IMG/VR virus record: IMGVR_UViG_3300046804_003838 | Location: 1 to 53,590 of that record | DNA: 53,590 bases | Reading direction: 5' to 3' (one strand) | Source of the DNA: a virus | Lineage: Duplodnaviria; Caudoviricetes | Part shown: positions 9,784-18,432 of the stretch, in pieces | Layout: every line of letters begins with the position of its first letter | How positions within the stretch are numbered: the stretch's first letter is position 1 | Notes under the pieces: generated by a model | What the model was told of the DNA's origin: nothing | Seen by the model: the letters and a program-made list of their open reading frames with translations, nothing else | The model's database searches: none | Position numbers and translations under genes: made by a program

Positions 9784-10163
9784 CAGTTATTCTCCTTATT
9801 TGATCCGCAAACTGTTGGGCTTAAATATGGAAACATTTGATCAGCTACTTTAACAGCTTCCGGACAATTGCTCTTTATGGCTAAATCTCTTGTTTGTTTC
9901 CATGATGCTACTAAGTCAAAAAATAATTTACCTTGATCAATAACAGCAGGAGGAGTGATTGAATTAACAACTGACTCCGAAGGAGCCTTGACTACTGGCA
10001 AATTACTCTTTGCTTTTGAAATTAATGTTGTTACAAATTCTTGAACTGGACTTAATTTATCTTTGAATAGTACCCAAAGAACTAATCCTGCTCCAGCGTA
10101 CAATGCTAAATCTAAAGTTGAAACCGACTTACTAAATTCTTCAAAACTTTGAGCGTAATTCAT
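9783..10163 (-). CDS. hypothetical membrane protein
   Basis: TM LALYAGAGLVLWVLF. Confidence 0.65.
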   Translation of the reverse strand: MNYAQSFEEFSKSVSTLDLALYAGAGLVLWVLFKDKLSPVQEFVTTLISKAKSNLPVVKAPSESVVNSITPPAVIDQGKLFFDLVASWKQTRDLAIKSNCPEAVKVADQMFPYLSPTVCGSNKENN

Positions 10164-10561
10164 TTTATCTCCTCATTCTTATTAAGATTATTTTTTATAA
10201 AAACACCGGTATTTTTAAAGATCGTAACAGTAGCGTCAATAGATGCTGAAACCATAATCATCAGTATTCCTTTAACATACCTATGTATAATAGGTTCGAC
10301 AAGTTGAGGAACAAAAGGAATGTCTATCACTACGAAAACTTTATCATAAAAACTATTTAGAGATTCCAATGCTAGAGTTTTTTTATCTTTTCCCTCTAAA
10401 TGAGCCGCTGTCTTTTCAATTATCTGTACAATTGATGCTGTAGATATTTGTAAAATTTTCCAAGCTTCATCTATTGCTACTTTTTTTACATTTCCTATAG
10501 ACTGTTTAGCAGCAATGACTAAAATTTCAGATTCAGCTTGTACTATTTCTTTTGGGGTCAT
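10160..10561 (-). CDS. hypothetical protein
   Basis: 133 aa; G.DKK motif and IDIPFVP. Confidence 0.6.
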   Translation of the reverse strand: MTPKEIVQAESEILVIAAKQSIGNVKKVAIDEAWKILQISTASIVQIIEKTAAHLEGKDKKTLALESLNSFYDKVFVVIDIPFVPQLVEPIIHRYVKGILMIMVSASIDATVTIFKNTGVFIKNNLNKNEEIK

Positions 10562-10889
10562 TTTTAGTTGTCCTTTTTTTAGTAGTCTTTATAGATTTTT
10601 TTGATTTTTTAGGAGTTGATGGGATAGACTTGACTGTCTCTATTCTTTCTTCTGGCGTGGCTGTACTCCACCAAGTTTGTTTAATCTGTTTTCTGCTATT
10701 AATATATTTCCATAAAATAGCTAATTGACCACCAATTAGAATAACACTTTCTACCCCATGACTAACATCTCTTATCAAATCTTCTTTTTGATTATTTTCT
10801 CCAATCAAACCCAATAAATATAAACCGCTAAATATAAAACTAACTAAAGTGAACCAAAATTCACTAGTTTTATACCCTGGTTTTATCAT
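10533..10889 (-). CDS. holin-like membrane protein
   Basis: KPGYKTSEFW N-terminus, two TM segments, very basic C-tail. Confidence 0.55.
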   Translation of the reverse strand: MIKPGYKTSEFWFTLVSFIFSGLYLLGLIGENNQKEDLIRDVSHGVESVILIGGQLAILWKYINSRKQIKQTWWSTATPEERIETVKSIPSTPKKSKKSIKTTKKRTTKNDPKRNSTS

Positions 10890-10891
10890 TT

Positions 10892-11095
10892 TTATGAGCC
10901 TTGAGTGCTGTTACCATAGTAGTAACTTGGATCATCAAATCTAGCGCCAAATTTTGCTTGTATATCTTCTATGGCTGGAGTATTTTTTACATATCCATCA
11001 TATTTAGAATATGAGCCTGTCCATGAAGTTGTGGTAATGGTAGTTCCATTTTTTATAGGATTGGCAGAAATTGCTTTTTTAATATCGTTAGCCAT
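10892..11095 (-). CDS. hypothetical protein
   Basis: GGAG SD; preceded by GGTGTAATATA motif. Confidence 0.65.
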   Translation of the reverse strand: MANDIKKAISANPIKNGTTITTTSWTGSYSKYDGYVKNTPAIEDIQAKFGARFDDPSYYYGNSTQGS

Positions 11096-11109
11096 TATTA
11101 TTCTCCATA

Positions 11110-11123
11110 AGGTATATTACACC
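11110..11123 (-). promoter_or_regulatory. GGTGTA-type putative phage late promoter
   Basis: GGTGTAATATA in intergenic gap; motif recurs at 17349, 31643, 33396(+), 38244, 39069. Confidence 0.5.
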
Positions 11124-11126
11124 AAA

Positions 11127-11447
11127 CTACTTATTCTCTATTCTATCTTCTAATGCTTCTAATGTTTTACCCAACATCGCAATTTGAACTTTTAGTTCAT
11201 TCATAACTTCGGTATTTTTTTGTAACATATTTGTAAGGGCGGCTTGACTTTCTTTATTAATAGCAAGTCTTTCCATAATAAATTGACGATCTTGAAGATA
11301 TGGTGATTTTGTTTCTATCATATCAGCAACCTCTGATTTGGTTGCCATATTTTTTCCTATTGCCACCCAAAAGCCAATCATAGTAACAATTATACCAATG
11401 CTAGTTGTTGCTATATTTTCCCAAAAATGGATAATAGTTTCACTCAT
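11127..11447 (-). CDS. TM plus coiled-coil protein (holin/antiholin-like)
   Basis: N-terminal TM followed by heptad coiled coil. Confidence 0.6.
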   Translation of the reverse strand: MSETIIHFWENIATTSIGIIVTMIGFWVAIGKNMATKSEVADMIETKSPYLQDRQFIMERLAINKESQAALTNMLQKNTEVMNELKVQIAMLGKTLEALEDRIENK

Positions 11448-11460
11448 TTTTTACCTTTTC

Positions 11461-11500
11461 AAGAAAAAAGCCACCGATACCTTTCAGTATGATGGCTTAA
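11461..11500 (-). terminator. rho-independent terminator
   Basis: Minus strand AAGCCATC-ATAC-TGAAAG-GTAT-C-GGTGGCTT followed by TTTTCTT, just after the 11526 gene. Confidence 0.75.
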
Positions 11501-11525
11501 TTCCTTTTTAAAGCCTTAAGTAAAA

Positions 11526-12107
11526 TTACCAGTTGGTCTTGCTCTTATATGCAGAATTTGCATCTGTACCACTTACTGGCTTGACACCACCAGCCAGATA
11601 AACAATTTGACCAGGAGCGCTTTGGGTTGGTGTTGCGGCAACGTCTGTTGCTAGAGTATCAGTAGCAACAGTTGGGTTTTGAGTCCCGCCTGTTTGATTA
11701 TTGATAAACTTGCCAGAGTAGATGTTCCATCGACCAGCCCTGATAGCAGTTGTGAGTCTGCGGGTACGTAATGTTTCAAGTTTATGAATACTTCTTACCA
11801 ATGATGGTTGAGAAGCGCCACTTCTAAGAACTGTATTACTAACACCAGAAAGTGTTGTTGTTACTCTTTTTGCAATTGGTCCTGGGTTGTCATATTTAAA
11901 AGTACCAGCAGAAACAGCTTCATTAGCCCAACTGTTATCAATTACTGTTGAACCGAAACCTGTATCTTTGGTTTTACCTAAAGACACTTGATCAACTAAT
12001 GTTGTTGTTGATCCGACATTAATTGCTGCACCACCTGTATTTTTTGTTGATGTGCCTGTCCAGTAAGTACCAGTTGTTGCACTACCATTTTGTTGAATTG
12101 AGGCCAT
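11526..12107 (-). CDS. Thr/Gly-rich probable virion structural protein
   Basis: Composition, GGAG SD before ATG 12107, own terminator. Confidence 0.6.
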   Translation of the reverse strand: MASIQQNGSATTGTYWTGTSTKNTGGAAINVGSTTTLVDQVSLGKTKDTGFGSTVIDNSWANEAVSAGTFKYDNPGPIAKRVTTTLSGVSNTVLRSGASQPSLVRSIHKLETLRTRRLTTAIRAGRWNIYSGKFINNQTGGTQNPTVATDTLATDVAATPTQSAPGQIVYLAGGVKPVSGTDANSAYKSKTNW

Positions 12108-12188
12108 TTTAATCTCCATGAAAGATGGTATTTAATTCTATATCTATAATACCCCTAAAATTTTGAATTTAATGGTTTTTTACAAAAA

Positions 12189-12872
12189 TTAATTTGGCCT
12201 ATTATTTGGCATATATAAATGGTCGTAAATTTTAATTATGCTGTTCAGAGTAAAACATTTAAAACCATATACATCTGAATTTTTGCAGATATTCTGAGCC
12301 TGTTTGTCGTTCCAAAGATTTCCGGTGGATATAATTTTAATACCCGGAACCTTTTTATTAACCAAAACAGTGGCGATTATATTATCCGAGATATCATCTA
12401 ATAAGTTGCCAGTTGAGGGATAAATGGTGAGTATTTCATTTTCTAATAATATTTGTGCTACTTTATACATTAGTTCTAGCGTAAAAACTCTATATTCTAG
12501 AACATACCTTAGTTCCACCTGATTGTTTAGACAGATGGTTTTAAATGCATTTATATCCTCTCTAAATTTATCATATTTTCTATTGCACAAATAGTTGTTT
12601 GGAGCTATTACCTCAAGAACTTTTGCTCCATTTTTTATGCAAAATTCAGCACACGACAGTCTAGTGCTAAGATCAGACTGACCATATGGATAATCTATAA
12701 CAGAAGATAACTTAATATTATTATGGTTAACTAGTAGTGGTTTGACTACTTTGAGATTATGAGGATATACTGATATAGTTTGTGGAGAGTATTTAATAAC
12801 GTCACTAATAAGATTCTTAATCTCTGTATCATTACTTGCTGTATCGTAATGACCAAATTCAATAATCTTCAT
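12189..12872 (-). CDS. DeoC (deoxyribose-phosphate aldolase)-like TIM barrel, apparently lacking catalytic lysines
   Basis: SVIDYPYG (cf. vgFPlG), CIKNGAKVLEV (cf. GAdEIDmV), YVLE, IYPSTG (cf. FVKTSTG). Confidence 0.7.
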   Translation of the reverse strand: MKIIEFGHYDTASNDTEIKNLISDVIKYSPQTISVYPHNLKVVKPLLVNHNNIKLSSVIDYPYGQSDLSTRLSCAEFCIKNGAKVLEVIAPNNYLCNRKYDKFREDINAFKTICLNNQVELRYVLEYRVFTLELMYKVAQILLENEILTIYPSTGNLLDDISDNIIATVLVNKKVPGIKIISTGNLWNDKQAQNICKNSDVYGFKCFTLNSIIKIYDHLYMPNNRPN

Positions 12873-12873
12873 T

Positions 12874-13560
12874 TTATTTTTTCTTTATATATGTTTTTAG
12901 ATAGTCTATATTAGGAAATTGTTTACTTCCTAATACACCATCAGCAAACCCATAATCAACTGACTCATCAGCATTTAATATCCAATCACATTTGTTGGCT
13001 AATTGTGAAACTATATGTTTTCTTGCCATCATCCTTTTCCAATTTTTATCTTTAGCTAAATTACCTGTCATGCACTTGTCAGTAAATATATCAATCATTT
13101 TATCACATTCTCTTTCATTCCATTGAATAGAACTTGCTGCCGCTTTGGAATGTTCATCATTAATACTAAAAGATCCATAATGAATAAGAACATTAGTATT
13201 TGGCATTAATATTCTTAAATTTGCAGATTGTAAAATGACACTACTTGCAGATTCAACACTGCCATATGCTAAAATCATTGTTTTAGATTTAGAAAATCTT
13301 ATTGCATCATAAATACCTAGACAGTCAGACCACATACCTCCTGGAAGATGCATATGTATTAGTATTGGTTCTAATGATACACTATCCAAATATCTAATAT
13401 TTTTTTCTAACATCACAGCACTTCTGTAGTCTACTCCTCCTTCTTCTTGATCTCCATAGTATGAATGTAAATATATTTCTCTATTATAGACATCAATATT
13501 ATATAGATGAATAGAATTTAGTATTGTCTCTATTGTTGTTTTTTCATTAAGATTTGTCAT
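12874..13560 (-). CDS. clpP: ClpP-like protease subunit
   Basis: REIYL, LPGG...GIYDAI, ESASSVILQS (Ser), LIH (His), DWILNADESVDYGFAD (Asp). Confidence 0.85.
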   Translation of the reverse strand: MTNLNEKTTIETILNSIHLYNIDVYNREIYLHSYYGDQEEGGVDYRSAVMLEKNIRYLDSVSLEPILIHMHLPGGMWSDCLGIYDAIRFSKSKTMILAYGSVESASSVILQSANLRILMPNTNVLIHYGSFSINDEHSKAAASSIQWNERECDKMIDIFTDKCMTGNLAKDKNWKRMMARKHIVSQLANKCDWILNADESVDYGFADGVLGSKQFPNIDYLKTYIKKK

Positions 13561-13985
13561 AGTTTATATAATTTTTTTTCTATTGATTGCATTACCTGTC
13601 TATCTTCAAAAGCTTTTCCAATACCTATTCTAAATCTATATCTTGTAAAAACATCCAATGTTTCTACCCCGTCAGTAGTTTCTATGGCAAATGCTACAGC
13701 ATCAATGATGTTGAAGTTGGTGTGTCCTGTCCAAAAATTAAAAATTTTACTACTAGCTGTATATTCGTTATAAGGTATAATCCCCATTGGAGTTGCTATA
13801 ACCCTGATTGGATCAGTGTGTTTTATCAAATTTGGTTTTTCGGCTTCTTCGTTATCTTCATCGTCATCATAAAAATTATCGGACACTTCATTAGAGAAAT
13901 TTGCATTATCAATATCTATTTCATTTTCATCGTAACCTATAAATGGATCCCTCCATTTTTCCCATATAATTTTTTTATTATTCAT
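13557..13985 (-). CDS. hypothetical phage protein
   Basis: Coupled ORF; FWTGHTNF...GVETLDVFTRYRFRIGIGKAF. Confidence 0.7.
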   Translation of the reverse strand: MNNKKIIWEKWRDPFIGYDENEIDIDNANFSNEVSDNFYDDDEDNEEAEKPNLIKHTDPIRVIATPMGIIPYNEYTASSKIFNFWTGHTNFNIIDAVAFAIETTDGVETLDVFTRYRFRIGIGKAFEDRQVMQSIEKKLYKL

Positions 13986-14398
13986 TATTTATTTCTAAAT
14001 ACGTTTATTGGTCTGATTAGAGGAAACCTATTTTTTCTATCTTTTTGTTTTTGTATTTCGTATTTCGCTCTCCAAAAAAATAAAACATTATTAACAAATA
14101 AAGAATGATTTTCTGATTGTTTAGACATAATTTCCATAGAATCAATCAATAAATCTTTTATATAGTTATTATCACCACAAAAATCATTAAGTAAAGCGGC
14201 GAAAGTCTCTGCTTGAGACAGAAACTTATTTTCTTCTTTTACAAAATCATAAGGAACAACATTAAATATTGGTATAATATTTTCTGTTTCTAAATCAAAT
14301 ATAAAATTAATATCTATTATATTCTGATGATTTGAAATTTCTAAGATTTTATTATTTTCTAATTCTTTTTTAAATAAGTTTTTAATATAGTTTATCAT
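13985..14398 (-). CDS. hypothetical protein
   Basis: 137-aa coupled ORF, TTA/ATA-rich. Confidence 0.65.
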   Translation of the reverse strand: MINYIKNLFKKELENNKILEISNHQNIIDINFIFDLETENIIPIFNVVPYDFVKEENKFLSQAETFAALLNDFCGDNNYIKDLLIDSMEIMSKQSENHSLFVNNVLFFWRAKYEIQKQKDRKNRFPLIRPINVFRNK

Positions 14399-14769
14399 AA
14401 TAAAAGAGCTTTTTTAATAATCTCACTTGTTTTTAACAAATCATTTGATACAATCCAGAATCCATTGCTGGTTATATTATATTTAGGAATAAAACATCCA
14501 TAAAAAATATGCGTGTAAATATTCTCTCCATCGCTCTGAATATCACAATCTAATAACTTAAGATTAGCCCATTTATAATCTATAGATACATATTCACAAA
14601 ATAATTTTTCGATAAAAAATTCTTTTTTACGATCCATTAATTTAAGACTGTCTATTTTATCAATTTCAATTTTTGGTAAAATTAAAGAATCTTGATTTGA
14701 AGATAATATACAGAAATTATCTTCACTTGCTGTATACAATATCAATTCTATATTAACTGTTTTTAGCAT
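14395..14769 (-). CDS. hypothetical protein
   Basis: 124-aa coupled ORF. Confidence 0.6.
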   Translation of the reverse strand: MLKTVNIELILYTASEDNFCILSSNQDSLILPKIEIDKIDSLKLMDRKKEFFIEKLFCEYVSIDYKWANLKLLDCDIQSDGENIYTHIFYGCFIPKYNITSNGFWIVSNDLLKTSEIIKKALLL

Positions 14770-15323
14770 AATTCTCGAATTATATTTAATCCCTTATTGA
14801 TATTCTGTCTGACGGCCTCTCTTGTAACACTATATTGCTTACCTATTTCCGATAGTGTCTTATTGTCATAATAGTATAACTTAATTTGCTCTCTCTGTCT
14901 AGATGATAATGGAGCTATATCTAGCAGAGTCTGAATATCTCTAACTAAATTCTCTTGTGTCTCATTGTTTTCTATTTCTTTAGCAGGGTTGCTGTGGTCT
15001 ATGTACTCTGAATTCTCAATTGCATAATTAATTTGTTTCTTATGCTTTTGACTCTTTTTATATTTTTGAGTTACATAGGTCTTTATGGCCCAAATAGCAC
15101 ATTGATTTCTATAAGAGTATAAATTTTTCCCCTTGCCGGATTTTAATCCTTTTCTATCTTTATCCCAATTCCAATCTGCTATCATGATTGCTTCTGCTAT
15201 TTCATAGACAGTTTCATCATTAGATAGCATTTCTTTGACTAAGCCAGGATACATTTTAGATCCAAACTTTGATATAGTTTTTTTAGCTATAGTCGTATAA
15301 TTACACAGAGTATCAAATTCCAT
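14763..15323 (-). CDS. RNA polymerase sigma-factor-like protein (sigma70 region 4 HTH)
   Basis: LSSRQREQIKLYY...TLSEIGKQYSVTREAVRQ; region-2-like WDKDRK...SYRNQCAIWAI; AAGGAGG SD. Confidence 0.75.
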   Translation of the reverse strand: MEFDTLCNYTTIAKKTISKFGSKMYPGLVKEMLSNDETVYEIAEAIMIADWNWDKDRKGLKSGKGKNLYSYRNQCAIWAIKTYVTQKYKKSQKHKKQINYAIENSEYIDHSNPAKEIENNETQENLVRDIQTLLDIAPLSSRQREQIKLYYYDNKTLSEIGKQYSVTREAVRQNINKGLNIIRELC

Positions 15324-15364
15324 AATCGTCCTCCTTAAAAGTCCTAAATCAATTTAAATTCTAT

Positions 15365-15838
15365 TTACTTGGTCAACTTTTTCCACTGATCACTATCTGG
15401 TCTTCCTTTATCTCCAGGCTTTGCTGGTTTATAGTTTTTGCCCATTCGTTCTCTTTTCTTACGAATATTCTCCCAAAGACCGGGCCTGTCTGCGGCAGAT
15501 ATAGTATCGGCAGCCTCAGAGACATACATGATAAAATCATGAATCGTTCTCATATAGTCCTCAGTAATGGCGATTTTACCCTGTAGCCAGCTTTCTGTCA
15601 AGTTTTCTTTTACTTTTGGATCTTCAAGGGACTCCAAAATGGCCTGACTATGACTCATTATTGCTTTAAGAGACCCTATGTTCATTTGATAAAAATCATT
15701 TTTATATTCCATAAGTTCAGTTTCTGGAGTCTCTACTTCAGTCTCTTCTATCTGTGTAAAGTCTCCTTCTTCAGCTTTGAATACTTTTTTGCTGACAGTT
15801 TCACTAACGGAATTTAAAATATCATGAATACGATCCAT
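15365..15838 (-). CDS. hypothetical phage protein
   Basis: WLQGKIAITEDYM domain plus basic PGLWENIRKKR tail. Confidence 0.7.
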   Translation of the reverse strand: MDRIHDILNSVSETVSKKVFKAEEGDFTQIEETEVETPETELMEYKNDFYQMNIGSLKAIMSHSQAILESLEDPKVKENLTESWLQGKIAITEDYMRTIHDFIMYVSEAADTISAADRPGLWENIRKKRERMGKNYKPAKPGDKGRPDSDQWKKLTK

Positions 15839-15840
15839 AT

Positions 15841-16266
15841 TTATACCTCATCAGTTAAAGGACCACCAGTTATCCATGCATCACAAGTACGATCACCAGC
15901 ACATTTGAAGTCAAATAATTCGCAATATCCAAGATTAGCGAGATCTACAATTTTACCAGCCTCGTTCATATCTTCTTCACAAATGCCTTTTTCAATACAT
16001 TGACGCATTTTATTTTTTACTATAAACGCAGCACAATTGCTGCATCTCATAGTTTTTGCTTCATCTATTGTTGTTTTGAATAAATCAGCTTTTTTTTGCC
16101 AAAATTCAGGATTATCTAACTGTGGATTTGCTGGTCCATAATTAGCCTTGTCAACACAAATTTTTCTATTAGCAAGATTCAGACTAATATCTTGAGTAGC
16201 AAGAGGGCACTCGATATTTGTCTGTACACTATCTAATAATTCTTCTGCTCGTGATCTAAAACTCAT
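15841..16266 (-). CDS. Cys-rich protein (CxxC...GYC...C.AW, HiPIP-like spacing)
   Basis: CSNCAAF, GYCELFDFKCAGDRTCDAW. Confidence 0.65.
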   Translation of the reverse strand: MSFRSRAEELLDSVQTNIECPLATQDISLNLANRKICVDKANYGPANPQLDNPEFWQKKADLFKTTIDEAKTMRCSNCAAFIVKNKMRQCIEKGICEEDMNEAGKIVDLANLGYCELFDFKCAGDRTCDAWITGGPLTDEV

Positions 16267-16268
16267 TG

Positions 16269-16808
16269 TTATACCTGTAGTGTTAAGAAATTATCAATAC
16301 CCATTTGTTCAATAAGTTTTAAATAACTTTCATATAGCTCTATGCCATCTTCACTACCTTGTAGTAATGGAATCATAGTGTTTGCTGTCAATTCATCTCC
16401 AACAGATCTGGCTGCTGTTATTGTTGCTCTTTCTGTTGCTGCTGCTTCTCTAACAGATGTTAGATTATATTGAATCATAGCAACCATATCGTGTCTAGTC
16501 CATGTTGGTGGGCTAATAACAAGAGGTTGATAATCAATATCAAAAAATTCTAATCTTTTAATATTAATAATAGCATGTTGATGTTCTTCTTCTGCATCTT
16601 TTCTGATAATCTCAGATAGTTTTTTATAGCCCCAACGTTCTAGATGGATTGCTTGTGCTGACAGTGCTGTTGTTTGTTGCCAATGAATATTTAAAGATTT
16701 TTTTAGTAATTCAATAACATCAAGGCTAGAATAGCCTTCTACACTTTGAGCCTCTGCCTTCATTATTGTACCCTCTTGTTCTTTAATTAGTTGTTCTATT
16801 TTTTTCAT
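16269..16808 (-). CDS. ferritin/bacterioferritin-like protein
   Basis: HLERWGYKKL, EEEHQHA, E.AA, GDELTA helical-bundle pattern; start moved to ATG 16808. Confidence 0.75.
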   Translation of the reverse strand: MKKIEQLIKEQEGTIMKAEAQSVEGYSSLDVIELLKKSLNIHWQQTTALSAQAIHLERWGYKKLSEIIRKDAEEEHQHAIINIKRLEFFDIDYQPLVISPPTWTRHDMVAMIQYNLTSVREAAATERATITAARSVGDELTANTMIPLLQGSEDGIELYESYLKLIEQMGIDNFLTLQV

Positions 16809-16812
16809 AATT

Positions 16813-17325
16813 TCACCATGCTTTGCAGGACCAGTAGCGAGCCTTCCATTTTGGACCAGGATTGTCACAATTATGTCTGGCTCTAAAACTTCTACGACGC
16901 TCAGGAATATTTTTCTTTATCTTCATATTGGGGTCGCCAAAATTTACTTTGACCACATTCCCTCTTTCATTTTTTACATAAACGCTAAACTTTTTTGGTC
17001 CATCTGGAGTACGAAATGGCTTATTAAGAGTTACTTTTCTGCCACCTTTTTCTGCGGCTATGACTTTTCCATCCTCATCATAAATTTCTGAAGCTTCTAC
17101 TTCCCAAACAAATTCATCCCATTCATCATCCCATGAACAATTATTAGCAAATAGTTCATCATGAACTTCTTCTATCAAAGAAGATTTATTTTTTTTGGTT
17201 TGTCCAAGACATATGGCAACTCTTTGTGCTGTGTCTGGATAGTCTTTCTTCATAATCTCGCTGCTCATGCAGCGGGAAACAAATTTTTTCTTGTCTTCAT
17301 TAGACTCTGGATTAGGAATTGGCAT
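16813..17325 (-). CDS. two-domain hypothetical phage protein
   Basis: MPIPNP..E...FVSRCM N-domain plus KKFSVYV..VNFGD..RRRSFRARH..ARYWS C-domain. Confidence 0.7.
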   Translation of the reverse strand: MPIPNPESNEDKKKFVSRCMSSEIMKKDYPDTAQRVAICLGQTKKNKSSLIEEVHDELFANNCSWDDEWDEFVWEVEASEIYDEDGKVIAAEKGGRKVTLNKPFRTPDGPKKFSVYVKNERGNVVKVNFGDPNMKIKKNIPERRRSFRARHNCDNPGPKWKARYWSCKAW

Positions 17326-17343
17326 AGAATATCTCCTTTTATT

Positions 17344-18432
17344 TTATATACACTTTAAGAGCTGATCAACCGAATTCTTCCAAGAGAATAGTTGACCTGT
17401 TTTAATACCTTCAGGATTGGTTCTTTTTCTTTGTTTGTACATACTTCTCATGTATTCTACCGCTTGATCTATTTGATTATCTCCAAGTTTAGCCCAATTA
17501 CCATTTCCAAAGAACCATTTACCATCAAATGCTGGCTCTGTTTCTGTAATTTCTACCAAGGATGAGTTCTGACTATTACAAAATTCAGTATGGGCCGAAT
17601 AATTTGTTGTTATGATCGCTTTACCCATACTCATCATTTCTAATAATTCAAGATTCCATCCCTCTGCTCTAGATAAGAAAATTCCGCAATCTGCTTTTGC
17701 CATTTTTTCGGCAATATCTCTTTGAGTCTTAAGTCTTGGGATAATAGTAATTTTTTCTTTTAAAGAAGATGTAAGATAATAGTTATGCCAGTCTGTTAAT
17801 TCTTTTTCAGAAAAACAGGTCTTATCCGATGATGCTGCTATCCACAATTCAACATTATCTTCTTTGGTAAAGGCTTTAGTAAATACATCAAGTAAAATAT
17901 CATATGCTTTTCTTATTTCCCATTTACCCCCAACCATAAACACATATGGATCATCATCTGTTTTGGATTTACATAATTCAGAATTAAAAATTTCTGTATT
18001 CACTCCTAATGGAACAATATCTATCTGAGTATTTATCCCATTATCAATTAATATATTTTTTGCCCAGTTTGAGGCGACCACCAGATGATCTGAAACTTTT
18101 AAATGTATTAATTCTTTAGGATTAAATTTATCTAACTCAAAGAATGGAAAAGCAATATATTTTCCTGTTCCTATACGTTCTGCCAAGTCAAATTGATGCC
18201 AAATTCTTACACAAGTTCCTTTAGGATCAAAGTCTTTATGCATCATTTGAGACAGTATTTTATCTTCATCTTCACTATCCAACTTTTGCATATTAGTGAA
18301 TCTGTGAGTGGTTATTGGAAATACTGTTAGATCTATATCCGATCTAGAATATAGTTCTTTGGCAATATTCCAACCAACAACTCCGTAACCAGTATATCCT
18401 ATTGGACTATTAAGTAATATAGATTTATTCAT
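17344..18432 (-). CDS. GT-B (GT4-like) glycosyltransferase
   Basis: TGYG, VPLGV, WEIRK, SRAEGWNLELLEMM; start moved to ATG 18432. Confidence 0.85.
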   Translation of the reverse strand: MNKSILLNSPIGYTGYGVVGWNIAKELYSRSDIDLTVFPITTHRFTNMQKLDSEDEDKILSQMMHKDFDPKGTCVRIWHQFDLAERIGTGKYIAFPFFELDKFNPKELIHLKVSDHLVVASNWAKNILIDNGINTQIDIVPLGVNTEIFNSELCKSKTDDDPYVFMVGGKWEIRKAYDILLDVFTKAFTKEDNVELWIAASSDKTCFSEKELTDWHNYYLTSSLKEKITIIPRLKTQRDIAEKMAKADCGIFLSRAEGWNLELLEMMSMGKAIITTNYSAHTEFCNSQNSSLVEITETEPAFDGKWFFGNGNWAKLGDNQIDQAVEYMRSMYKQRKRTNPEGIKTGQLFSWKNSVDQLLKCI

